Assembly (NCBI GenBank): GCA_002790835.1
Contig: PFVX01000079.1
Coordinates: forward strand, 3,130-67,129
Reading direction: 5' to 3'
DNA: 64,000 bases
DNA from: a bacterium CG_4_9_14_3_um_filter_65_15
GTDB taxonomy: Bacteria; Krumholzibacteriota; Krumholzibacteriia; LZORAL124-64-63
The stretch's first letter is position 1. Every line of letters begins with the position of its first letter. This document shows positions 26,437 to 34,602 of this stretch, piece by piece. Below the pieces are notes generated by a model. The model saw only the letters and a list, made by a program, of their open reading frames with translations. It ran no database searches and was not told the DNA's origin. The translations under genes and the position numbers were made by a program.

Positions 26437-27304
26437 CCCAACGCCTCGGCCGGTGGCCTTCGTCCACATCCCCAAGGCGGCCGGCACCACACTGCACGGG
26501 ATCCTTGCGCGCCAGTATCCGGCGGCTCACACGCTGATCCTGGACGTTCAGCGCCCCGAGTACCGCCGGAATCTGGACGGCATCACCGAGCAGCAATGGG
26601 CGTCGGCCCTCTGTCTGCGGGGCCACATGCCCTTCGGCATGCACCGCCGAACGGAACGGGAATTCGCCTACGTCACCGTGCTTCGCGATCCGGTCACCCG
26701 CATCATTTCCAAGTACCGCAACCTGCAGCGCCGGCCCGAGCGGGCGCGGGAGATGGCCTTCCCGCCCGATCGCCTGGAAACGCTGGAGGACTTCATCGCC
26801 CTGCAGGGCGAACGCAACGCCCTGAATTTCCAGACGCGAATGCTGGCGGGTTGGGTCGAACCCGACGCCCCCCTGTTTCCCTATGCGCAGCCCCTGCCGG
26901 ATGAAGCGCTGGATCTGGCCAAGGCCAACATCGAAAAGCACTTCGCCGTGGTGGGGCTGCAGGAACGCTTCGCCGAATCGGTGGCCCTGATGCAGCTTGC
27001 GCTGGGGTGGCGGCAAGTGGGGATTCCGCGGCGCAACGCCGCCCCCGCTGCGGCGGACCGGTACGATTTGGCCGTGCACGATGAGATCCGGAAACTCAAC
27101 CATCTGGACCAGGCCCTGGTGGCTTATGCGGCCAAGCGGCTGGATGAGCAGATCGCCGCCGAGGGGGAGGATTTTGAGCGCGCCTTGCAGGGGATCAAGA
27201 GCCGGAGTCGGGTCGCGGACAACCTGCAGAACTTGGTCCGCGGCTCGGGTCTGAGGCGCGTCGGTTCCCTGGTCAGGAAATGGCGCGTCAGAACTTCCGG
27301 GTGA
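26420..27304 (+). CDS. Sulfotransferase (carbohydrate/Stf-like family, PAPS-dependent)
   Basis: The 5'-PSB motif FVHIPKAAGTT and the 3'-PB motif TVLRDPVTRIISKYR are present. Confidence 0.6.
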   Translation: MKAGSNPTPRPVAFVHIPKAAGTTLHGILARQYPAAHTLILDVQRPEYRRNLDGITEQQWASALCLRGHMPFGMHRRTEREFAYVTVLRDPVTRIISKYRNLQRRPERAREMAFPPDRLETLEDFIALQGERNALNFQTRMLAGWVEPDAPLFPYAQPLPDEALDLAKANIEKHFAVVGLQERFAESVALMQLALGWRQVGIPRRNAAPAAADRYDLAVHDEIRKLNHLDQALVAYAAKRLDEQIAAEGEDFERALQGIKSRSRVADNLQNLVRGSGLRRVGSLVRKWRVRTSG

Positions 27305-28493
27305 TCGTCACGACGGAATAACCTTCCCGGTTTCCCATCATGAGACCCTCGCCGGCCAGGCCGGGATTCAACGCTGCGGTGTCGTTGTAGGTCAGGTCGA
27401 CCGTCAAGGGTCCATGCCGCCAGGCCAGTCCGAGCGACAAGGGAGTGGCCACCGAAATGTTGAGAATCGATTCCTTGTCGTCCAGCCCCTCGCCGGTGGC
27501 CGCGAAAGCCTTGCGCTCGATTTCTTCGTGGTGGCGCAGGTATTGGGCCGCCATTCTCACGGTCAAGCATTCCATCAGGTCCGATTCCAACCCCAAACGT
27601 CCCCGGATCTGGTGGAAGTCCTGCGCGCTCGCGTCCCAGACAGCTTCCTGGGTGCTTCCTTCCCGCAGCGCCCAGTTCTGACTTCCTCGACGATACTCGC
27701 CGCTGATGATGATCAAGGCGCCATCGGGCCTGTAGAGGTTCACGCCCAACCCGAGGGTTGTCACGGCGGCATCCTGATCCGCCGGGTCCCCCAGGAGATC
27801 CGAGTAGTACCCTCCCTGGCGGCGGGTCCGGGAGAGCACGGGCACCAGGGTCAAGTCCTCGCCGAGTCGTCCGCGCAAGCGGAGCCTCAAGCCGTATGAC
27901 TTCCAGGTATCGGAGGATACGCCGCCGGCGGTGTGAGGGAAATCGGTCATGGTGTTGATGATCTCGCCGGCCAGTTCGGCCTCCCAGACATCGTTCAACC
28001 GCCGACCGAGACCGAGACCGTAGGTATGGAAGTACTGGCCGTCGACGACGATGTCGCCGCCGGAGACGGCGCGGAATTTCCCGAAGGTGGTGAAGCGGCC
28101 CGCCACGCCCAGGCGCCAGGCACCGAGGCGACGGCTGTAGAGCAGGGCGAAGGCCCCGTCATCGTCGGCCTTGTCCAGGTGGTCCTGGAAATAGAAGGCG
28201 ACCGTGCCGGCATTGCCGGTGCCGTTCAACCGCACATGGGCCCCGCCACCGTGCCCCAGCCAGCCCATGGCGCTGAGAGCCCGGTCCTTGTTGTGCACGA
28301 CATCCCCTGGCTCCAGGACGAGCCGATCGGGGTAGCGCTCCAGGCTGGCGTACCACTGCAGGACGTTTGCGGAGTCCAGGAAGTAGGCGCCGTCCCCGCC
28401 GAGGGCCACCGAGCGCGCGGTACCGGCGTCGGCGGAAGGGGCGCCCATCAGGATGAAACCGCAAAGGAGCAGGAAGAATCGGGTTTGGCGCAT
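27288..28493 (-). CDS. Outer-membrane beta-barrel protein (porin-like), signal-peptide bearing
   Basis: Signal peptide MRQTRFFLLLCGFILMGAPSADA. Alternating amphipathic strands (YGLRLRLRGRLG...). The C-terminal residue is aromatic (...TITRKF). Its 3' end overlaps the sulfotransferase 3' end. Confidence 0.55.
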   Translation of the reverse strand: MRQTRFFLLLCGFILMGAPSADAGTARSVALGGDGAYFLDSANVLQWYASLERYPDRLVLEPGDVVHNKDRALSAMGWLGHGGGAHVRLNGTGNAGTVAFYFQDHLDKADDDGAFALLYSRRLGAWRLGVAGRFTTFGKFRAVSGGDIVVDGQYFHTYGLGLGRRLNDVWEAELAGEIINTMTDFPHTAGGVSSDTWKSYGLRLRLRGRLGEDLTLVPVLSRTRRQGGYYSDLLGDPADQDAAVTTLGLGVNLYRPDGALIIISGEYRRGSQNWALREGSTQEAVWDASAQDFHQIRGRLGLESDLMECLTVRMAAQYLRHHEEIERKAFAATGEGLDDKESILNISVATPLSLGLAWRHGPLTVDLTYNDTAALNPGLAGEGLMMGNREGYSVVTITRKF

Positions 28494-28665
28494 CGTAGGG
28501 TTCCGTATCCGGGGTCTTGGTTAAAGGTTCGATTGGCGCTGATCCTGATGGTTTGCCGATACCGCGTCAATGGCAAAACCGGAGTCGGCTGGGTTTGGCT
28601 ACGGTCGAGGGTGTGTGGTAGACTGCCGGTGATGCGACAGAATCCGTCCACCCCGGAGAACACCC

Positions 28666-30429
28666 ATGCCTGCTTCCGACCTGCCTCTCCATCCCTGGCC
28701 GTTGTCCCGCCTCCTGGAACGCATCGAGCGGGAATGGGGCCTGCGGCGACAGATTTTCGGGCTCACGGCCCGGCGGTTTTTCCCCGTTCCCGGGGACGTG
28801 GACCTGATCTGGACGGGTGACGGATTGACGGCGGCCACTCCCGTGGGACCGGCGGCCGGCCCGCACACCCAGCTGGCGCAGAACATCGCGCTGGGCTGGT
28901 TGGTCGGCGGGCGCAGCTTCGAGCTGAAGACCGTCCAGGTGCTGGACGAGCTCGAAATTCCGCGGCCCTGTATCGACATGGAAGCGGTGGGCTACAACGT
29001 GGAGTGGAGCCAGGAACTTCCCTTGCCCCTCTCGTTGCGGGAGTACGTGAAGGCCTGGGTCCTGCTGGCGGTGCTGCGGCGGTGGGAACCCGTGCGCGAG
29101 GTGCTGGGCAACCCCGGCGAACATCTCTTCGAACTGTCGGTGGGGTACGACCTGCCCGGAATCCAGACCCCGGTCATGGACGCCTTCATCCACGGTCTGA
29201 CCCACGCCGAGGGGATGATCGATGAGCTGCGCGGGGAGATCGGCGGCGCTTTCGGCGGGCTGCGCGATATTCCGATTCCCGGCCGCATCGTGCAAACGGC
29301 CACCCTGAGCACCTTCCACGGTTGTCCGAGCGATCAGATCGAAGGCATCGTGCGTCACCTGATGAGCGCCCACGACCTCGACGTCACCGTCAAGCTGAAT
29401 CCCACCTTGCTGGGCCGCGAGACCGTGGCCGGGATCCTTCATGATCACCTCGGCTTCAGGGATGTCGACCCGGCGCCGGAGGCTTTCGCCGCCGATCTCC
29501 AGTTTGCGCAGGCCGTGGCGATGATCGAACGGCTGCGTGGCTTTGCCGCGGATTGCGGCCGCCGGTTCGGGATCAAACTGACCAACACCCTGGTGGTGAA
29601 GAACGCGCGCGGTGTCATGCCCGGAGAGACGATGTACCTCAGCGGGCGGCCGCTGCACATGCTGGCGATCACCCTTCTGGACCAGTTGCACCGGGCGTTG
29701 CCGGGGGTGCTGCGCGTGGGGCCGCAGGACGATGCGCCCGTGTCGGTGGCATTCAGCGCCGGAGTGGACAAGGACAACCTGATCGAAACGGTGGGCCTGG
29801 GGTTGCGCCCGGTGACCATCTGCAGCGACCTGTTGCGGCCCGGAGGTTACGGACGCATGGCCCAGGGGCTGCGCAAGCTGGCGCGGCACATGGCCGCCGA
29901 GGGTCATGCCGATCTTTCGGCCCTGCAGGGTGGTGCTCATGAACGGGCGCTGGCGGCGGGGCATCCCGACGCCGTGGCCGCCTACGCCGCGGCCCTGGCT
30001 GACCCGGCCACGGCGGCGCGTTACGGCGCGGAGGGCGATCTGCGGCCACCGCGCCAGGTCGATCACGTGCTGGAGATGTTCGATTGTGTGGCATGCACGA
30101 ACTGCGTGACCGTCTGCCCCAACGACGCCTTCCTGACCGTGCCCACGCCCGCCGGCGGCGATCTTTCCGCCCGGGAGCAGTACCTGGTGCTGGCGGAACT
30201 GTGCAACGACTGCGGGAACTGCACGACCTTCTGCCCGGAAATCGGGTCGCCGCAAGTGATCAAGCCGCGGCTCTACACCCAGCCGCAGGTGTGGCAGGCG
30301 CGGGGCCGCGATGGTTTCCTGTTGGAACCGGGCGCAAACGGGCCGACGGTGCGAGGAGAAGGCGAGGCCGCGGCCCGGCTGCAAAAGATGCTGGCCGGCG
30401 ATGCCCTGCCGCTGTCCCTGGACGAATAA
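28666..30429 (+). CDS. Dihydroorotate/dihydropyrimidine-dehydrogenase-family FMN oxidoreductase with a C-terminal 2x[4Fe-4S] domain
   Basis: The PyrD-like N-terminus PVGPAAGPHTQLAQNIALGW...RPCIDMEAVGYNVEW and the C-terminal CVACTNCVTVCP...CNDCGNCTTFCP are present. A GGAGA ribosome-binding site is upstream. Confidence 0.5.
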   Translation: MPASDLPLHPWPLSRLLERIEREWGLRRQIFGLTARRFFPVPGDVDLIWTGDGLTAATPVGPAAGPHTQLAQNIALGWLVGGRSFELKTVQVLDELEIPRPCIDMEAVGYNVEWSQELPLPLSLREYVKAWVLLAVLRRWEPVREVLGNPGEHLFELSVGYDLPGIQTPVMDAFIHGLTHAEGMIDELRGEIGGAFGGLRDIPIPGRIVQTATLSTFHGCPSDQIEGIVRHLMSAHDLDVTVKLNPTLLGRETVAGILHDHLGFRDVDPAPEAFAADLQFAQAVAMIERLRGFAADCGRRFGIKLTNTLVVKNARGVMPGETMYLSGRPLHMLAITLLDQLHRALPGVLRVGPQDDAPVSVAFSAGVDKDNLIETVGLGLRPVTICSDLLRPGGYGRMAQGLRKLARHMAAEGHADLSALQGGAHERALAAGHPDAVAAYAAALADPATAARYGAEGDLRPPRQVDHVLEMFDCVACTNCVTVCPNDAFLTVPTPAGGDLSAREQYLVLAELCNDCGNCTTFCPEIGSPQVIKPRLYTQPQVWQARGRDGFLLEPGANGPTVRGEGEAAARLQKMLAGDALPLSLDE

Positions 30430-30459
30430 TCGATCCAGCGCTTGGGGCCGTTTCCGGCT

Positions 30460-30945
30460 TCAGGCGTCATCCGGCAGTGAACGCAAACAGCTCGCCAGGG
30501 CCTGGTGCACCGAGGCGATGGTGTAGGGGTCGTCGGGGTCGTCCGGACGGCCCGGTCGGTCGAAATGGGGTTTTTCGTCATAGTCACGGCCCCAGCGCGC
30601 ATCCACCACGCGGACCAGTTCGGCCAGGGATTCTTCCTGCGCCAGGATGGGTTCCAGGAACGCCCGCAACAGGGCCGATGGTGCGCCGAAATGGCGGGCC
30701 ACCAGGGGCTGGTGCGAATCCAGCCGGGACAGGATCGTCCGCTGCAGGCTACCTTCGGGGTCGCGCAGGCACGTGTCCAGGAGCTCACGGACGGCGAAGA
30801 TGGTCTGGTCGTGGGCCGCGACGGGCGAGGCGCCCTTGAGGACGTCCCCGGCGGCGCGCAACAGGGCTTCGTCGGGGCTTGCCTCGCGTCCGCGCAGGAT
30901 TTCCCGGTCGTCCGGAAGCTTTGGTGTGTCCTTGTCCTTTTGCAT
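30460..30945 (-). CDS. Hypothetical protein (acidic, helical)
   Basis: 161-aa ORF with codon usage like its neighbours. No motif was recognised. Confidence 0.4.
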   Translation of the reverse strand: MQKDKDTPKLPDDREILRGREASPDEALLRAAGDVLKGASPVAAHDQTIFAVRELLDTCLRDPEGSLQRTILSRLDSHQPLVARHFGAPSALLRAFLEPILAQEESLAELVRVVDARWGRDYDEKPHFDRPGRPDDPDDPYTIASVHQALASCLRSLPDDA

Positions 30946-31010
30946 GGTGTTAGCATACCAGAATCATCCCGGGAATTCCCGGGATGTCTGCTGGAACACG
31001 CGGAGAATCG

Positions 31011-31757
31011 ATGAACCAAGCGAATGCCGAACCCCTCGCCAACCTGGCCGCAGGAAAGCCGGCCGACAGCGGCCAGTTCCTTCTGGGGCGCCGCCTCCGC
31101 CTGGTCGAGCCCCTGCTGGGCGAAGCCAGGGAGCACCTGGTGGATTTCGGCTGCGGCAACGGCGCCCAGACCCGGTTGTTCGCCCCTCTTTTTGCACGCA
31201 CCACGGGGGTGGACGTGGATCCGGTGTTTCTGGCGGAATTTCAGGCCCAGATTGTTGCCGACGGCGTGCAGGATCGCACCCGGGCCTGTGAACTCGTCGA
31301 CGGGCGCATTCCCCTGGATGACGCCTGCGCCGACGTGGTGACTTCGTTCACCGTGCTCGAGCACGTTCCCGACGAAGCGGCCGCCCTGGCGGAGATGCGG
31401 CGGGTGCTGCGCCCGGGAGGCCGGATGATCATCAGTGTTCCGAATCGCTGGTGGCTGTTCGAAACCCACGGCGCCGATCTTCCCCTGTTGCCCTGGAACC
31501 GGGTGCCCCTGGTCAGCTGGTGGCCCAAGCGTCTGCATGATCGCTGGGCTCGGGCGCGGATCTACCGACGGCGGGAAATCGTTGCGATGGTGTCCGCGGC
31601 GGGATTCACCCTCACCGGATCATGGCGTGCGACCGCACCCATGGACATGATCAAGTGGGCACCCTTGCGCCGGGTGGTGCGCGGAGTGTTCTTCGGACGC
31701 GACCGTGCCGTCCTTCCTGTTCTGGCCACCGAGGTCCTGGTCTGTGCTGAAAGGTAA
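31011..31757 (+). CDS. Class I SAM-dependent methyltransferase
   Basis: Motif I VDFGCGNG and motif post-II LRPGGRMIISVPN. A GGAGA ribosome-binding site precedes 31011. The ORF track starts at 30984. Confidence 0.75.
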   Translation: MNQANAEPLANLAAGKPADSGQFLLGRRLRLVEPLLGEAREHLVDFGCGNGAQTRLFAPLFARTTGVDVDPVFLAEFQAQIVADGVQDRTRACELVDGRIPLDDACADVVTSFTVLEHVPDEAAALAEMRRVLRPGGRMIISVPNRWWLFETHGADLPLLPWNRVPLVSWWPKRLHDRWARARIYRRREIVAMVSAAGFTLTGSWRATAPMDMIKWAPLRRVVRGVFFGRDRAVLPVLATEVLVCAER

Positions 31758-31761
31758 ACCG

Positions 31762-33876
31762 ATGTCCAAACTCGTTAAGATGATGGGGGCGCTGGGTCTG
31801 ACGCTGGGAATCCTGGCGGGATGTTCCGGAGGGCCCAAGCCCCCCAAGGCGGCGATCAAGCCCCACGAATTGACCGCACACGGTGATGTCCGCATCGACA
31901 ATTACTACTGGCTCAATCAGCGGGACGATCCCGAGGTGCTGGACTACCTGCAGGCGGAAAACGTGTACCTCGCTGCAGTGATGGACCACACCAGTGGCCT
32001 GCAGGACAAACTGGTGGAGGAGATGAAGGGCCGCATCAAGCAGGACGACTCCTCGGCGCCGTATTTCGAGAAGGGCTTCTGGTACTACACGCGCTACGTT
32101 CCGGGCGGGGAATATCCCCTGCATTGTCGGCGCCGGGGTTCCCTGCATGCGCCCGAAGAGGTCATGCTCGACGGCAATGCCATGGGCAAGGATCTGGGGT
32201 ATTTCTCCCTGCGCGGGGCCCGGATCAGCCCCGACACCAGGCTCGTTGTCTATGGTGTGGACACGGTCGGCCGGCGTTTCTACGACCTGCATGTGAGGGA
32301 TCTTGCCTCGGGCGCCGACCTTCCCGATGTGATCGGGCAGGTCACCGGCAACGTGGTCTGGGCCCTGGACAACCGCACCCTCTTCTACACCCGCCAGGAT
32401 CCGGAAACCCTGCGCTCCTTCCAGGTCCTGCGCCATGAGCTGGGCACCGATGCGGCGGGGGATGTGCTGGTCTTCCAGGAGGACGACGACACTTTCGAAT
32501 GCAGCGTGGGCCGCACCAAGAGCGATCGCTACCTGCTGATCGAGAGCAACCAGACCCTCAGCAGCGAAACCCGCATCCTCGAGGCGGACGACCCACGGGG
32601 TGCGTTCCGCGTCTTTCAGCCGCGGCGGCGCAACCTGGAGTACCATGTCGACCACCAGGGAGACCGCTTCCTCATCCGCACCAACCTCGACGCGGCCAAC
32701 TTTCGTCTGATGGAATGTCCCCTGGACCGGACGGATTTCGTGGCCTGGCACGAGGTGGTCCCTCACCGCCAGGACGTGTTGCTGGAGGATCTGGCCGTCT
32801 TCGCGGATTGGATCGCACTCGAAGAGCGCACCGGCGGGTTGACGCAGATCCGAGTCATGGCGGGCGATGGTTCCTTCGACGAGCACATCGCCTTCGATGA
32901 TTCCACCTGGGCGACCTGGATCGACGTCAACCCGGAGATGGGATCCCGCGTCCTGCGTTACGGCTACACGTCCCTGACCACTCCGCGCACCACCTACGAT
33001 TGGAATCTCGATACCGGCGAGCGCACTCTGGTCAAGCAGGACGAAATTCCGGGTGGCTTCGACCCGGCCGACTATCGCTCGGAGTACCTGATGGTCACGG
33101 CGCGGGACGGCGTGGAAGTTCCGGTGTCGTTGGTGTATCGCCGGGGCTTTTCGCCCGACGGCACGCACCCCTTGCTGCTTTACGGTTACGGCTCCTACGG
33201 CATCAGCATGAACGCGCATTTCAATTCGTCGGTGCTCAGCCTGCTGGACCGCGGGTTCGTCTACGCCATCGCCCATGTCCGCGGTGGGCAGGAGATGGGG
33301 CGCAACTGGTACGAGGACGGTAAGTTGTTGCACAAGATGAACACCTTCACCGATTTCATCGATTGTGGCCGGGGCCTCGTCGACCGCAAATACGCGGCCC
33401 CGGACAAGCTGTTCGCCATGGGCGGTTCGGCGGGCGGTCTGCTCATGGGAGCGGTGGTGAATATGGCACCCGAACTGTGGCGGGGGGTGGTCGCCCACGT
33501 GCCTTTCGTCGACGTGGTCACGACCATGTTGGACGAGTCCATTCCCTTGACCACCGGCGAGTACGACGAGTGGGGCAACCCGCACCAGAAGGACTCCTAC
33601 GATTACATGCTGAGCTACTCGCCGTACGACCAGGTGATCCCGCAGGATTACCCGGCGCTGCTGGTCACCACCGGCCTGCATGATAGTCAGGTGCAGTACT
33701 TCGAACCGGCCAAGTGGGTGGCGAAGCTGCGGGCGGTCAAGACCGACCGGAACCCCCTTCTGATGAAGACCAACATGGAGGCGGGGCACGGCGGCGCATC
33801 GGGCCGTTTCCGGCGCCTGAACGAGACGGCCCTGAGCTACTCATTCATGCTGGACCAATTGGATTGGAAGGAATAA
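31762..33876 (+). CDS. ptrB: Oligopeptidase B (protease II, S9A prolyl-oligopeptidase family), lipoprotein
   Basis: Lipobox LGILAGCSG. Beta-propeller N-terminus (DNYYWLNQRDDPEVLDYLQAEN). Catalytic GGSAGG serine motif and a C-terminal HG. Confidence 0.88.
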   Translation: MSKLVKMMGALGLTLGILAGCSGGPKPPKAAIKPHELTAHGDVRIDNYYWLNQRDDPEVLDYLQAENVYLAAVMDHTSGLQDKLVEEMKGRIKQDDSSAPYFEKGFWYYTRYVPGGEYPLHCRRRGSLHAPEEVMLDGNAMGKDLGYFSLRGARISPDTRLVVYGVDTVGRRFYDLHVRDLASGADLPDVIGQVTGNVVWALDNRTLFYTRQDPETLRSFQVLRHELGTDAAGDVLVFQEDDDTFECSVGRTKSDRYLLIESNQTLSSETRILEADDPRGAFRVFQPRRRNLEYHVDHQGDRFLIRTNLDAANFRLMECPLDRTDFVAWHEVVPHRQDVLLEDLAVFADWIALEERTGGLTQIRVMAGDGSFDEHIAFDDSTWATWIDVNPEMGSRVLRYGYTSLTTPRTTYDWNLDTGERTLVKQDEIPGGFDPADYRSEYLMVTARDGVEVPVSLVYRRGFSPDGTHPLLLYGYGSYGISMNAHFNSSVLSLLDRGFVYAIAHVRGGQEMGRNWYEDGKLLHKMNTFTDFIDCGRGLVDRKYAAPDKLFAMGGSAGGLLMGAVVNMAPELWRGVVAHVPFVDVVTTMLDESIPLTTGEYDEWGNPHQKDSYDYMLSYSPYDQVIPQDYPALLVTTGLHDSQVQYFEPAKWVAKLRAVKTDRNPLLMKTNMEAGHGGASGRFRRLNETALSYSFMLDQLDWKE

Positions 33877-33879
33877 ACG

Positions 33880-34571
33880 ATGGCTCAAGACTTGAACGCG
33901 GTGGTCACGCACCGAATCGAGATCGCATCAGGCCTCATCATCCTGCGGACAAGCTGATCCGACGCGCCTACAGCATCGCTTCGTCCCCTGCGGAAGCAGG
34001 CCATCTCGAATTCTATATCACACTGGTGCCGTCCGGGGCCCCGACTCCGCGGCTGTTCGCCCTGCAACCGGGCGACCGGGTTTGGTTGGGCAAGAAGATC
34101 AGCGGGATCTTCACCCTGGAGAAGGTCCAGGAGGGTCATCACCTGGTTCTGGTGGGCACGGGCACGGGGCTGGCGCCCTACATGAGCGTGCTGCGCAGCG
34201 AACTGGAGTGCCGGCTGGACCATCACACGGTGGTGTTGCTGGGGGCGAGGCATTCGTGGGATCTGGGCTACCGCGGCGAACTCATCGCCATGCAACGATT
34301 CTGCCGGACCTTCCACTACGCTCCCATCATCAGTCGGCCCGACGAGGAGCACGTGCCCTGGGCGGGGCAGACGGGCTACGTCCAGGACCTATGGGACCGG
34401 GGGCTGGTCGCCGAGGCCATCGGGTATGACCCCACAACCGACAACACCCAGATCCTGTTGTGCGGCAATCCCGGCATGATCGAGGGCATGATCACGCGGC
34501 TCGAGAAAGACGGGTTCGGCGAAGGGGACGCCGGGAGCCCGGGGCAGATCCACGCGGAGAAGTTCTGGTAA
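33880..34571 (+). pseudogene. fpr: Ferredoxin-NADP+ reductase (Fpr/FNR family) gene with an internal deletion and frameshift
   Basis: The frame MAQDLNAVVTHRIEIASGLIILRTS* (33880-33957) matches the Fpr N-terminus. The rest (...DKLIRRAYSIASSP...HLVLVGTGTGLAPY...LLCGNPGMIEGM...) continues in another frame from about 33935. About 24 aa, including the FAD-binding AGQF region, are missing relative to Azotobacter/E. coli Fpr. Confidence 0.7.
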
Positions 34572-34602
34572 CTCCGCGGTTGCTGTTCTCGGGGCCGACG
34601 GG

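Noticed and set aside
28567-30384. 605-aa minus-strand ORF
   Set aside because: Antisense to the DHOD-family / Fe-S oxidoreductase gene.
31651-33789. 712-aa minus-strand ORF
   Set aside because: Antisense to oligopeptidase B.
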